From Patescibacteria group bacterium (lineage in GTDB: Bacteria > Patescibacteriota > Minisyncoccia > Minisyncoccales > UBA10102), in contig JANBVJ010000003.1 in assembly GCA_024239055.1 (NCBI GenBank), positions 504 through 64,503 of the forward strand: a stretch of DNA of 64,000 nucleotides, in the 5' to 3' direction. Each line of letters starts with the position of its first letter. Position 1 is the stretch's first letter. The notes below the pieces were generated by a model. The model made no database searches. It was given only the letters and a program-made list of their open reading frames with translations, and was not told where the DNA came from. Positions 34,631-43,760 of this stretch are shown here, one piece after another. A program made the position numbers and the translations under genes.

Positions 34631-35347
34631 ATGAGAATAGCAAGAAAACTTAGAACGGACAAACGTTCAAAGATGAGAGTCAAGGCAGACGTACTTGCAA
34701 CAAAAGTAATTCTGCAAATTGACAACCTATCTTTGAAACTGTCTCACGTAGAGGCAAGAAGAGTAGCGACAACGCTGGAGAAGGCAGTTAACATACAGTT
34801 AACTCACAGGGAGAAAACAATCTCTTCCTCTTCTTCTACTCAACAGGTTCTAGTAGAACCAGAACAGAAAGAAGAGTTACCAGTGTTGACAACACTGGAT
34901 AGAAGATTGGAGATATGCAGATACATCTATCAAGTAATCAAGGAGAAACATCAAGACATACCAAAATACAAAGTATCAAAGATAAATCCATTCAGAGCAG
35001 AAAAGACTTGTAACAGCACATCATTAGGACATGCATTCGCACACTGTCACAATCAGAGTAGAGGAAAATACAAGTACAGAATCTGTATCAAGCAGAAAAT
35101 GTTACTTAATCCATTATACAGACAACAACCAAGATACCCAATTCAAGGAACAAATCTCAATGATGTATTTGAAAACTTGGCAGATATGATGTCACATGAA
35201 ATGGCACACTTGAAAATAACTAGGTGTAGTCACTGTAAAAAGTGGAGAGCAAGGTATGAACAACTGCATAAGACGATCATCACATCAATTCGAAATGGAG
35301 AATTCTTCAAAAACATGCCTGATAACTTGAAAGAATCCAAGACGTAG
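34631..35347 (+). CDS. HExxH zinc metallopeptidase-like protein (SprT-like arrangement)
   Basis: ADMMSHEMAHLKITRCSHCKKW: HEMAH followed by a Cys/His cluster. Confidence 0.55.
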   Translation: MRIARKLRTDKRSKMRVKADVLATKVILQIDNLSLKLSHVEARRVATTLEKAVNIQLTHREKTISSSSSTQQVLVEPEQKEELPVLTTLDRRLEICRYIYQVIKEKHQDIPKYKVSKINPFRAEKTCNSTSLGHAFAHCHNQSRGKYKYRICIKQKMLLNPLYRQQPRYPIQGTNLNDVFENLADMMSHEMAHLKITRCSHCKKWRARYEQLHKTIITSIRNGEFFKNMPDNLKESKT

Positions 35348-35362
35348 AGGTAGAGGTAGAGG
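35345..35362 (+). repeat. (TAGAGG)x3 tandem repeat
   Basis: Read directly; starts at the stop codon of 34631..35347, about 57 nt before the MscS-like gene. Confidence 0.7.
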
Positions 35363-35418
35363 TAAAAGTGCGATCAACATAACTCTTTTATCCTCCTACT
35401 TTCAATTCACTACTACCA

Positions 35419-36429
35419 ATGGAATACAGGGGACTAGGCATAATCTTTATGGCAATAATGTTATTTGCACTCTCCCCTGTGGGGTTAGCATTCGGGCAAG
35501 ATTCAGTTGTTGTTCTTGAAAAAGAACCTGTATCCGAATATTCTGTCGAGGAAGTAATCGAACAGTACGGTATAAGAATTCTCTACGAACCAACGTTAGA
35601 AACTTTCACCGCACTAGGAACTGGTCTTGCTCAAAGTGCAACTCTTATCGCTGGATTCTTAATTACAATTTTCATTGGATGGTTAGCAGGAAGATTTGCA
35701 AGTGGTGTACTCAGACGAATTATTAAAAAATGGTTTGAACATGAAAAACTTCTCAAAGCAATTGGAATGAATAAAGAAGAATTTGCAGAATCAAGTTGGA
35801 GACAAGTACACAACTTAATTCCATTTACAGTAAAGTGGTTTATCTGGTTAGCATTCTTTATTGTTGCAATTGATCTGTTACAAATTCCACAAGCAACTGG
35901 TGCGCTTACAGAACTATGGGCTTGGATACCAAGAATAGTTGTTTTCATAATTCTAGTTTCTGTTGGATTCATCATTGCAAGAATTGCATTAAAGTGGATG
36001 AGTGATACAAAACCAGAATTATTTGGTAAGGAAGGAACAGTACAACTTGCAAAGGGACTTGTGCAAGGAATAATATTCGCAATAATTTTCGGCATAGGAA
36101 TAACAACATTAGGCGTTGGAGAGGATATAATTCCAATTCTGTTTTGGGTTATCTTAGCAGGATTCATGGGTATGGCAATTGCAATTGCAGTTGGATTAAG
36201 ACATACTGCAAGATACTGGAGTGCAGGAGAAGCAATCAAACGAGACATTGAGGGAGGCGAGATTGAAATTGGAACACACAAAGGAACTGTTGTTAAAGTT
36301 GGAATCACACATACAAAACTTAAAGAACAAAATAAAACTGTATTATTACCAAACGAATCATTCGAAGCAAATGCAATTACAATAACTAAAGATCCACCAG
36401 ATAAAGAAGAGAAGAAAAAAAATGCCTAA
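35419..36429 (+). CDS. MscS-family mechanosensitive channel-like protein
   Basis: Signal-like N-terminus and multiple TM helices. C-terminal GGEIEIGTHKGTVVKVGITHTKLKEQNKTVLLPNESFEANAITI matches the MscS beta-domain pattern (GxV..I..R.T.L...D...v.iPN). Confidence 0.65.
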   Translation: MEYRGLGIIFMAIMLFALSPVGLAFGQDSVVVLEKEPVSEYSVEEVIEQYGIRILYEPTLETFTALGTGLAQSATLIAGFLITIFIGWLAGRFASGVLRRIIKKWFEHEKLLKAIGMNKEEFAESSWRQVHNLIPFTVKWFIWLAFFIVAIDLLQIPQATGALTELWAWIPRIVVFIILVSVGFIIARIALKWMSDTKPELFGKEGTVQLAKGLVQGIIFAIIFGIGITTLGVGEDIIPILFWVILAGFMGMAIAIAVGLRHTARYWSAGEAIKRDIEGGEIEIGTHKGTVVKVGITHTKLKEQNKTVLLPNESFEANAITITKDPPDKEEKKKNA

Positions 36430-36583
36430 AGCAAAACCATTCGGTGGTTACAACATAAAATTTGAAAACTGTCCAGAAAGTATGGAAGATGTTTTCGGAA
36501 AAAAACCACTTAGTCCATCAGAGATGACAAAGGTTCTCTGGAAGTTTATAAAAAAACATAGACTGTCTGGATACAATGATTAA
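36422..36583 (+). CDS. SWIB/MDM2-like fragment (53 aa)
   Basis: Hand translation: MPKAKPFGGYNIKFENCPESMEDVFGKKPLSPSEMTKVLWKFIKKHRLSGYND. Resembles the first half of SWIB (G..P.sR.Ev.K.lW.YIK.h.Lqd) and then ends. Confidence 0.45.
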   Translation: MPKAKPFGGYNIKFENCPESMEDVFGKKPLSPSEMTKVLWKFIKKHRLSGYND

Positions 36584-36807
36584 GCACCAATAATCCACTC
36601 TGGTACTAATCTCAATTTAGAACCACATGTTTTACAGAAGATACGACCATCAATTTCATAGGCATCATTAACTCCATGTGATTCACAACAGAATTTTTTC
36701 AGAACTACCTTGTCATAATTACCAAACACGAAGTTGAGACGGAGAGGCTATTAACATATTAGGATAACAAGAAAAATTGACTTTGGAGTGGAAATAAAGG
36801 GGTAAAC

Positions 36808-36856
36808 GGTCAGGTTTTTTGAGTTTGGTCAGCAATACATGACCGCATCTGGTCAG
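36808..36856. repeat. GGTCAG x3 direct repeats plus one inverted copy
   Basis: GGTCAG at 36808, 36827 and 36851; CATGACC at 36838-36844; noncoding. Confidence 0.5.
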
Positions 36857-37020
36857 ATTTATCACTTTTTTTTTCTAGGCGATATATATACAAAAACTAC
36901 CAGAAAATCCTCAGAAAAAACTAAGATTTTACAAGGGTTGTTTGTGATGCCATTTTTCATTCACAAGTGATTTTGTTGTGATATAACTTTGAGATTTTTT
37001 ATTAATTTACGAATAAGAAA

Positions 37021-37112
37021 AATTTCAAATCACTACGTAGTATATTTGAATTGTTCGTTTATGTGAACAAACAATAAAACATATACTACTACTACTACTA
37101 ATTTACTTAATG
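37021..37112 (+). promoter_or_regulatory. Promoter/operator cassette A
   Basis: AATTTCAAAT-ca-CTACGTAG-ta-TATTTGAATT; TTGTTC-N8-GAACAA (37051-37070); ACATATA box (37079-37085); (ACT)x5 (37085-37099); ATG 37110, about 28 nt from the box centre. Confidence 0.65.
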
Positions 37113-37268
37113 GTAGCAAACAAAAATCGAGTTAGCAACTCACAAAAATCGGAAGAGAAAAAATTTAGTATGAATGAAACTGAATTATTAGAATCTAGTA
37201 GATTAAGAAAAATATTTTCTGAGCAAAATTTAGAATCAACCAAACTAGGAAAGAGGTTTTACGTTTGA
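37110..37268 (+). CDS. first-gene small protein of cassette A (52 aa)
   Basis: MVANKNRVSNSQKSEEKK...; N-terminus and its DNA are near-identical to those of 40140; TTGA junction to the next gene. Confidence 0.45.
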   Translation: MVANKNRVSNSQKSEEKKFSMNETELLESSRLRKIFSEQNLESTKLGKRFYV

Positions 37269-38029
37269 GTCAAAAAACAAAAAGAAAGAGAACAAGAAAT
37301 TGCGGTAAAAGAGCAAAATTAAATTCTCAAGGTTTTAAGACTTACAAAAATTTTAGAATATACATTGCTGAGACATCTAATGGAGGCTATAGTAGAAATC
37401 CTAAACCAGCACCTAGATCACAAATTGTAGATATAGTTAGAGATCTATGGAATAATGACAAGTCAGTAAAAGCAATGCGTAAACACATTAAAGAAATTAG
37501 TATTAGATATACACAAAACGGTATTGCTGGTACATGGTTTAAAGAAAAACAAAAAATAGTTGTTAACGATAACGGAAGAGATACAATTCCATTTTACAAA
37601 TCAGTTTTAATTCACGAAATAGTTGGTCACACATTTTGGGATTTTTCAAGAAAATATAGAAGATTAGAATTAATTGAATTTAACAAACTTGCAAATAAAT
37701 TATCTCCAGTTAGCACCTATGTAAAAAAACATACTGATGAGTGGAAAAAAATTAATGATGAATATGACGACTTAGAACAATTTGAAAAGAGTATTGAACA
37801 TATTCCAGACTATGATGCATCCGAAGAGTTAACTAAAGAATATCAAACAAAACAAGAATCATTTGATGAAAATAGAAAAACAAACGGTCATGATTTAATG
37901 ACACGTTATGCTAATGAACAACATAGCGCAATTACTGAAATTGTTTATGGATCAAACGGTCATGACACTATACTAGATCAAGAGAACATTGATAAATTAA
38001 TCAAACTGTGGGAAGGTTTACACTATTGA
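37265..38029 (+). CDS. HExxH metallopeptidase-like protein
   Basis: TTG start; KSVLIHEIVGHTFWDF. Confidence 0.55.
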   Translation: MSQKTKRKRTRNCGKRAKLNSQGFKTYKNFRIYIAETSNGGYSRNPKPAPRSQIVDIVRDLWNNDKSVKAMRKHIKEISIRYTQNGIAGTWFKEKQKIVVNDNGRDTIPFYKSVLIHEIVGHTFWDFSRKYRRLELIEFNKLANKLSPVSTYVKKHTDEWKKINDEYDDLEQFEKSIEHIPDYDASEELTKEYQTKQESFDENRKTNGHDLMTRYANEQHSAITEIVYGSNGHDTILDQENIDKLIKLWEGLHY

Positions 38030-38538
38030 AAATTAAGAGAGGATTATTTTCAAGGCATTCAATAACATCTCATACGTTTGGAGATGGCATTGAAGATAAA
38101 ATTGAAACTTACGAGTCTCCAACTATTGAAGGCGTTATTAAAATGGCAAAAAAAGGATTTATTGAACATTTTAAAAAACTAAAGTATGAAGAGAATTATA
38201 TTATAATTGATCTCGAAGGTTCAAACGATAAAGTTGAAATCTTTAAGGAAAAAGAATTTTCCGATGGCTTTGAAGATTCTAGTAAAACTGTCAAAACATG
38301 GTTAGTAACAAGAAGTAAAAAACAAAATAGAGAAATTATAAGTCAACTTAAAAATTTTAGAAATCCAAAATATGAAAATAATCCAGAATGTGAGTTTTGT
38401 TACAAAAAAGTTACTCAGGTATTCAAGGATCATTTACTCAATGATGCAAAAACAGAAAAAATGGTGTGTGCTAAATGCAAAAAAGATTTAGCAATAATGA
38501 GAACTTTAGTTGAAAAAAGTGAGGCAAAAACAAAATGA
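38026..38538 (+). CDS. hypothetical protein with C-terminal zinc ribbon
   Basis: Start set at the TTGA junction 38026; CEFC...CAKC. Confidence 0.55.
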   Translation: MKIKRGLFSRHSITSHTFGDGIEDKIETYESPTIEGVIKMAKKGFIEHFKKLKYEENYIIIDLEGSNDKVEIFKEKEFSDGFEDSSKTVKTWLVTRSKKQNREIISQLKNFRNPKYENNPECEFCYKKVTQVFKDHLLNDAKTEKMVCAKCKKDLAIMRTLVEKSEAKTK

Positions 38539-38759
38539 ATTTAAGTACACGAAGGAAAAAATTTATTTTAAATGCTAATCTTAGTGATTATAAATTAGCA
38601 AGATTTCATTTAAACAAATACTACGAATCAATAATAGCATGGGATAAAAGATACGGTAATAATCATACTTTAGATGAATTATTATCGTATGGTGATAAGT
38701 CATTTATCAAAATGTTTGAAATAGCAGAAAAGAAATTTTTAGAGGGATTAAAAAATTGA
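38535..38759 (+). CDS. hypothetical protein
   Basis: 74 aa; ATGA overlap. Confidence 0.5.
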   Translation: MNLSTRRKKFILNANLSDYKLARFHLNKYYESIIAWDKRYGNNHTLDELLSYGDKSFIKMFEIAEKKFLEGLKN

Positions 38760-39217
38760 GTTTTAAAAAGATTGTACCATGCACAGAAGAGATCAAACAA
38801 AAAGCAATTCACTTTGATAACATGATAAACGAAAAACCTTTGCGACTCTATACAATCAGACCAAATAATTTATTTGGATTAAAAGGAGGGTTAGTATTTA
38901 CTGGAAATTCATTAGATAAGGCAGTTGAAAAAGTAATTGATAACGCATTGCCTTTAGCATTCTTTAAAGTTGACGATCAAGAAGAGAGAATAAAAATTTT
39001 AAGAAAAATAAAAAATGTTGCTAAAGCATTAACCCTTGATAATGTTATAATTGGATTAAACGGAAAAAAGAGATCTGAGGCATGGATTGAAACTGCTTAT
39101 GATGTTGAAAAAGGAGATACATTAAGGTATGACGATCTAGATTTTGATAATAAATTAAATGAATGCTATTTCTATTGTCTAGAAAAAAACGAAGAAAAAT
39201 GGGTGAATGAAGATTGA
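38756..39217 (+). CDS. hypothetical protein
   Basis: 153 aa; TTGA overlap. Confidence 0.55.
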   Translation: MSFKKIVPCTEEIKQKAIHFDNMINEKPLRLYTIRPNNLFGLKGGLVFTGNSLDKAVEKVIDNALPLAFFKVDDQEERIKILRKIKNVAKALTLDNVIIGLNGKKRSEAWIETAYDVEKGDTLRYDDLDFDNKLNECYFYCLEKNEEKWVNED

Positions 39218-39402
39218 TCGTTAAATGTATGAATACTTCATGTAATAAGATCATTGATGTAAGAGAAAAAGAAATTCATCTCAAAGTTTTTCATCCTAAC
39301 TACATTAGTTTAGTTAGAACAACAAAAAATTATCCAGATCTAAATAGATTCATGACTCCAAAACAAATTATCCAAAGTGTTTTTGAGGTAGTAACAAACT
39401 GA
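39214..39402 (+). CDS. small Cys2-His2-like protein
   Basis: TTGA overlap; KCMNTSCNKIIDVREKEIHLKVFHP. Confidence 0.5.
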   Translation: MIVKCMNTSCNKIIDVREKEIHLKVFHPNYISLVRTTKNYPDLNRFMTPKQIIQSVFEVVTN

Positions 39403-39641
39403 CTTTATCAACAAGTACAATACAAAAAGCAAAAACTCTAGTTAAGAAGGGATTTGTTAAGGTAGATCAAGATTCAGACTTTGTATTTTATGTTAGATCG
39501 AGTAGTGGTGGACATTACAAAGTAGAATACTTAAAAAATAATAACAAGTTTGATCTTTATTGTGAGTGTGACGGATGGAAATATAATCAAGATTGTTCAC
39601 ACTGTCATGCAGTTAGGATATTCAAAGGAGGCAAAAAATAG
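39399..39641 (+). CDS. SWIM zinc-finger protein with no canonical start codon
   Basis: Hand translation: (L)TLSTSTIQKAKTLVKKGFVKVDQDSDFVFYVRSSSGGHYKVEYLKNNNKFDLYCECDGWKYNQDCSHCHAVRIFKGGKK*. CxC-x9-CxH = SWIM. The open frame begins at 39387 with no ATG/GTG/TTG; CTG at 39399 forms a CTGA junction. Confidence 0.55.
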   Translation: MTLSTSTIQKAKTLVKKGFVKVDQDSDFVFYVRSSSGGHYKVEYLKNNNKFDLYCECDGWKYNQDCSHCHAVRIFKGGKK

Positions 39642-39771
39642 ATTGAATCTCAATATTTTCAATACTTTATGTTGTACTTTGATCTCTATGATAGTTGGAG
39701 GATCAATTAGTGTCTCAATGTTAGGAGTTTTTCAATAATTCCTAAAATTTTCAATATTCTCTAAATTTATG

Positions 39772-39843
39772 AAAAAACTCAAAAAAAGTAAAAAAATCTA
39801 AAAAAAGTTAAAAAAACCAAAAAAACCAAAAAAACCAAAAAAA
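39772..39843. repeat. Eight phased A-tracts (A6-A7 every 9-10 bp)
   Basis: A-runs start at 39772, 39781, 39790, 39800, 39810, 39819, 39828 and 39837, including (AAAAAAACC)x3. Confidence 0.85.
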
Positions 39844-40051
39844 TCCAGATTTTCAAGTTTTTGCGCCAAAACCTCAAAACACTCAGATCGTGACTGTATA
39901 GAGGCTATTTTGGCTAAACCTTCAAAAATCCCTCAAATCTCAAAAAACTGGTTATTTTTTCTTTATTTTTAGAAAAAAAGTAAAATTTGGGTTATTTTCA
40001 TTTTTTTAAGGAAATTTGGGATTTTTCTTAGTATTTGGCAATTTAGGCAAA

Positions 40052-40142
40052 AATTCAAAAACCCTACGTATAGGAATTGAATTGTTGTTCAAATTGAACA
40101 AACAATGCTTAATAACTACCACTACTACCAATTATGTTAATG
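40052..40142 (+). promoter_or_regulatory. Promoter/operator cassette B
   Basis: AATTCAAAAacc-CTACGTAT-aggAATTGAATT; perfect 17 bp palindrome TTGTTCAAATTGAACAA (40085-40101); TTAATAA (40109-40115); ACTACC/ACTAC repeats; ATG 40140. Confidence 0.65.
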
Positions 40143-40484
40143 GTAGACAAACAAAATCGAGTTAGCAACTCACAACAAATCTTTCAAACGAAAGAAGATC
40201 GAACAGAGTCAATAACTTTGTTAAAGAATGCAACAAATATTGTTGAAAAACCTTTTTCAGAGCAATTAGACTTGGTTGAATCTCTTAGCATTCTAAACGA
40301 TGAAGAGAGAAAAATAGTTGATCTTAGTGCATGTTGGTTTATCCAGTATGATAATAACACATACTTGGTACAATCAAACAAACTAAAAGATCAGTTAATT
40401 CCTAAAGGATCAACTGCAATTCGATCAAATCAAAGTGGACAACTACTTAGAATCTCAGCAGTTTCAGGAGGTTCAGGACTGTAG
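40140..40484 (+). CDS. first-gene protein of cassette B
   Basis: Start set at ATG 40140: MVDKQNRVSNSQQIF... (paralogous N-terminus to 37110). Confidence 0.55.
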   Translation: MVDKQNRVSNSQQIFQTKEDRTESITLLKNATNIVEKPFSEQLDLVESLSILNDEERKIVDLSACWFIQYDNNTYLVQSNKLKDQLIPKGSTAIRSNQSGQLLRISAVSGGSGL

Positions 40485-40700
40485 ATGTCTCTACCAACTT
40501 TTTTTACTAATCAAATCTATTATTGTATAGAAAATCACGATAACGAAAATCCTTTGAATGAAGGTAAACACAATTTTATTTATGTAGAGAATTTTGGCTT
40601 ATCATGTGAATTTTGTTTTTTACCAACTGAAAAAGCAAATTATAAACCAATGAAAAGAAAATCTAACAATAAATTTTATTTTGTTGAGGTAGAAAATTAA
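40485..40700 (+). CDS. hypothetical protein
   Basis: 71 aa; ATG directly after the upstream stop. Confidence 0.5.
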   Translation: MSLPTFFTNQIYYCIENHDNENPLNEGKHNFIYVENFGLSCEFCFLPTEKANYKPMKRKSNNKFYFVEVEN

Positions 40701-43085
40701 ATGACTGTAGAAAAATATACTCCAACTATTAGGAAGGAAAAAGTTTTAGATATTCAAGGTACAAACTACGAATCTAAATTAGATTCAATTATGAATAAAG
40801 AGGGATTTATCAAAACAAGATTGAATGAAGAGGTAATTATTCAAGCGGTATCTCACAAATTGTATAAAGATCCAGAGTCAGGATTAAGAGAACTATACAA
40901 TAATGAGGCTTATCATGGTTGTTTAGTAGCAAAAACAAAACACAATGAAAAAAACGCATACATCAAAGTCTCATTAAACACAACAACTAGAAAATTAATC
41001 ATTCAAGGTTTTAACTCATTAGGAATTACGGAAGAGGTTTTTACAGAAATTTTAACTGAATTAGGTACATCAGGTAATAAAGACAGAACTAAAACTGGTA
41101 AATTCGGTATGGGTTTTGCATCATACACAAAGTTATCAGACATTATGATTTTAGAGACTGAATGTATTAATGGAGATTGTTATGCAGTATTGGCTAAAGG
41201 AGGATTAGGATTTCAAAAACTTCCTAAACCAAAATTAGAAAAGACTGGTACACGATTAACTTTAACACTACGAAAAGATGTTAACTTTGAAAAATTAGTT
41301 AGCATGTTATCTAATCTTGGAATGACATCTGGAATTACAACTTACTTTGAATTAGAATCTCCAAAATCAATTAATGAATTCAAATCTGGAATATACACAC
41401 TTGAACAATTTAGTTACAAACAAATTTTTGACAATATGAATAATGCAAGTTCAGATCATTATTCCTATTTAAAATCAAGTCTAGTAAATGACCAAGTTGA
41501 AGTTCATTTAAGTTTAGCAGTTGATAGTAACGGTTCATTAAAAAATGACAGAAATAAGAAATTTTATCTTTGTAATAGTCCTATTCAAGTTCTATTAGAT
41601 GAAGATTCAACAAGTGACAGAGCATACAATCTTGATGAGGATGAAGATTCAGACGAATACAAATTAGCAGAACAAGAAAGAGATAATTATAAAACAACTA
41701 GAATTGATGAAATTGAATTTGCAAATTTAGTTGTTAACATGAAGGATGAGGATCTTTTTGAACCTATGCAAGATCGAGAAAGAACAACTAAAGATGCGGA
41801 AAAAAGATTAAGAAAAATTATAGTTGATTTGTATAATGAGACTTTGAAAAAAATAAAACCATGTGAGAGTTTAGATTCATGGTTCAATCATGAACACAAA
41901 TATTTTATTTCATCTAGTGAGGCAGATATAGTTTCAATTCTAGATGACAAGTCAAAAACAATTCAAAAATTCCTTAACACTAAAGTTATGGAATATGATC
42001 TCGATGGTAGAATAAAATATGATACTAAAGAATTAAAAGACATTATTGAAAATTCTGAAAATTACTTTTACGTAAACAAAAAAGATAAGAGAGTAACAAC
42101 TCTACTTGAAGAAAACTTTGAAGATTTCTTTTTAGTTATGGTACATCCAGATAAGGAACCATATTTTGAAAACAAAACTCTATACAATGACACAATTAAG
42201 ACTTTGAAATATTTCAAATTCAATGAGGCAAAACAGTATTGTAAAGATCATGACTTTAAGGCAAAAAGAGTTCTTGGAGAAAAAGAAGATCGAACAAGTG
42301 AGGATATAGTTCTGCATTATTCTGATACAAATAATTCTTATTCTGGTTATGGACATTCAGACACATACGGAGAATACACAAAAACGGTTAGATTAGGATC
42401 AGATGACTTTGAAGATCATAAAAGTCTAATTATTCAAGTTGCTCCATTCTCTTGTTACAGAGATGTTTTAAAACAATTCAAAACTGATTATTATCTTGCA
42501 AGTGAAAAAAAGAATATAGATGCACAAACTTTAATTGAACTTCAAAAAAATCTAAAAGAAAAATTTGCAAAATGGGAGTCTAATCATGAATTTGTAACAC
42601 TTGAAAAAATTCTAAAGTACAAACAAGTTACATTAAACTTTGAGTGTTTTGAAAATAGCCATGAAGATTCAACTAAAGGATTAAGTGAAATTCCAAAAAA
42701 TAAATTGTATATTGTTGGAGGATCTAAAAGTCTGTTTGAGTTAGCATTAATTCTAATTTATAATGGTGTTGACTACGAAATAACCAATGAGTCTTTAGAT
42801 GGATATTACAAACCTAAAGTAAAGGCTTTAGAAAAAACTCTAAACTTAATTGGTGAGGATCTTTATGAAGGAAAATTTGACGATATATTTCTGTATGAAA
42901 AGTATCTACTAAAGGTTAGATCATTTGAAATTAAAGTTCAAGATCCAATTCTTAGGAAATTATTCAAGTTAAGTCATGATGAAAAGAATCTAAAAGAAAT
43001 TTCAAACGACATTATAACTCTAAACGAAAAATACAAAATTGAAAAACCAGTCCTTAACAGAAAAGAATCGGAGTATATATCATAG
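40701..43085 (+). CDS. GHKL (Hsp90/MORC-like) ATPase-domain protein
   Basis: 794 aa. LRELYNNEAYHG (N-box-like), KLIIQGFNSLGITEEVFTEILTELGTSGNKD (compare Hsp90 LxIxDxGIGMTxxEL..NLGTIAxSGT), GKFGMGFASYTKLSD (compare GQFGVGFYS). Confidence 0.6.
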   Translation: MTVEKYTPTIRKEKVLDIQGTNYESKLDSIMNKEGFIKTRLNEEVIIQAVSHKLYKDPESGLRELYNNEAYHGCLVAKTKHNEKNAYIKVSLNTTTRKLIIQGFNSLGITEEVFTEILTELGTSGNKDRTKTGKFGMGFASYTKLSDIMILETECINGDCYAVLAKGGLGFQKLPKPKLEKTGTRLTLTLRKDVNFEKLVSMLSNLGMTSGITTYFELESPKSINEFKSGIYTLEQFSYKQIFDNMNNASSDHYSYLKSSLVNDQVEVHLSLAVDSNGSLKNDRNKKFYLCNSPIQVLLDEDSTSDRAYNLDEDEDSDEYKLAEQERDNYKTTRIDEIEFANLVVNMKDEDLFEPMQDRERTTKDAEKRLRKIIVDLYNETLKKIKPCESLDSWFNHEHKYFISSSEADIVSILDDKSKTIQKFLNTKVMEYDLDGRIKYDTKELKDIIENSENYFYVNKKDKRVTTLLEENFEDFFLVMVHPDKEPYFENKTLYNDTIKTLKYFKFNEAKQYCKDHDFKAKRVLGEKEDRTSEDIVLHYSDTNNSYSGYGHSDTYGEYTKTVRLGSDDFEDHKSLIIQVAPFSCYRDVLKQFKTDYYLASEKKNIDAQTLIELQKNLKEKFAKWESNHEFVTLEKILKYKQVTLNFECFENSHEDSTKGLSEIPKNKLYIVGGSKSLFELALILIYNGVDYEITNESLDGYYKPKVKALEKTLNLIGEDLYEGKFDDIFLYEKYLLKVRSFEIKVQDPILRKLFKLSHDEKNLKEISNDIITLNEKYKIEKPVLNRKESEYIS

Positions 43086-43094
43086 GTTATTATC

Positions 43095-43760
43095 ATGTTA
43101 CTTGAAGATAGAGAAGATCAAATTATTGTTCTTGATTTAAACGGTAAGGTAGATACTTTTCCTAAAACTGATTACTTTATTCTAAAGTTCAAGGATTTTG
43201 ATGGTGACAGAATTTTTTATCAATTCGATAAAGACTCATACGTTCAAGAGACTTACAATGATGGGATCTTTAACTGCATTTACAAAAAAGAAAGAATGCA
43301 GATAAGACAGGCAAATAAAATTGCATTTAGTATTAATTGGCATAAAAATAATAAAAATCCAGTATTAGGATTAAAACCATTTGAAGAGTTATTCAAGAAA
43401 AACTTTGCACACAACATTCAGTTAGATGTTTTAAAATCAATTCTAAAACCATTTGAACATAGACTAAAGTTTGTTGACGATGGAATAGAGATTGATGAAA
43501 GATTTTTTGTAAACAAAAATGCTCAGGCGCATTTTAAAAATCAAGGAATCTATGAACCACTTTGTATTGTTGCTAAAGGTTATTTAGAAAATTTTGATGT
43601 CGATTCAAAAATAGGTGAAATTGAGATTAATGCAAAGTCATTAGAAATTGTTGCTAAAGTAATGTTTTTGATAAAACCAAACATGAAGGATAGTGTTTTT
43701 ACAGATCAGATTGAAAAAGGAAATCCAGAATTGTTTGAAGAGTTAAAGAGGGATTTTTAA
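43095..43760 (+). CDS. hypothetical protein
   Basis: 221 aa; same operon as the GHKL gene. Confidence 0.6.
   Translation: MLLEDREDQIIVLDLNGKVDTFPKTDYFILKFKDFDGDRIFYQFDKDSYVQETYNDGIFNCIYKKERMQIRQANKIAFSINWHKNNKNPVLGLKPFEELFKKNFAHNIQLDVLKSILKPFEHRLKFVDDGIEIDERFFVNKNAQAHFKNQGIYEPLCIVAKGYLENFDVDSKIGEIEINAKSLEIVAKVMFLIKPNMKDSVFTDQIEKGNPELFEELKRDF

Noticed and set aside
35631-36308. 225 aa minus-strand ORF
   Set aside because: It is antisense to the MscS-like gene, whose motif match supports the + frame.
36583-36698. Minus-strand 38-codon frame KKFCCESHGVNDAYEIDGRIFCKTCGSKLRLVPEWIIGA*
   Set aside because: It looks like a zinc-ribbon protein, and its stop overlaps the SWIB-like ORF stop. However, the frame has no ATG/GTG/TTG before its last 10 codons and is closed by TGA upstream. 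It is possibly a pseudogene remnant and is not called.
39550-39738. 62 aa + ORF from the track
   Set aside because: It overlaps, in a different frame, the ORF that encodes a clear SWIM zinc finger (39399..39641).
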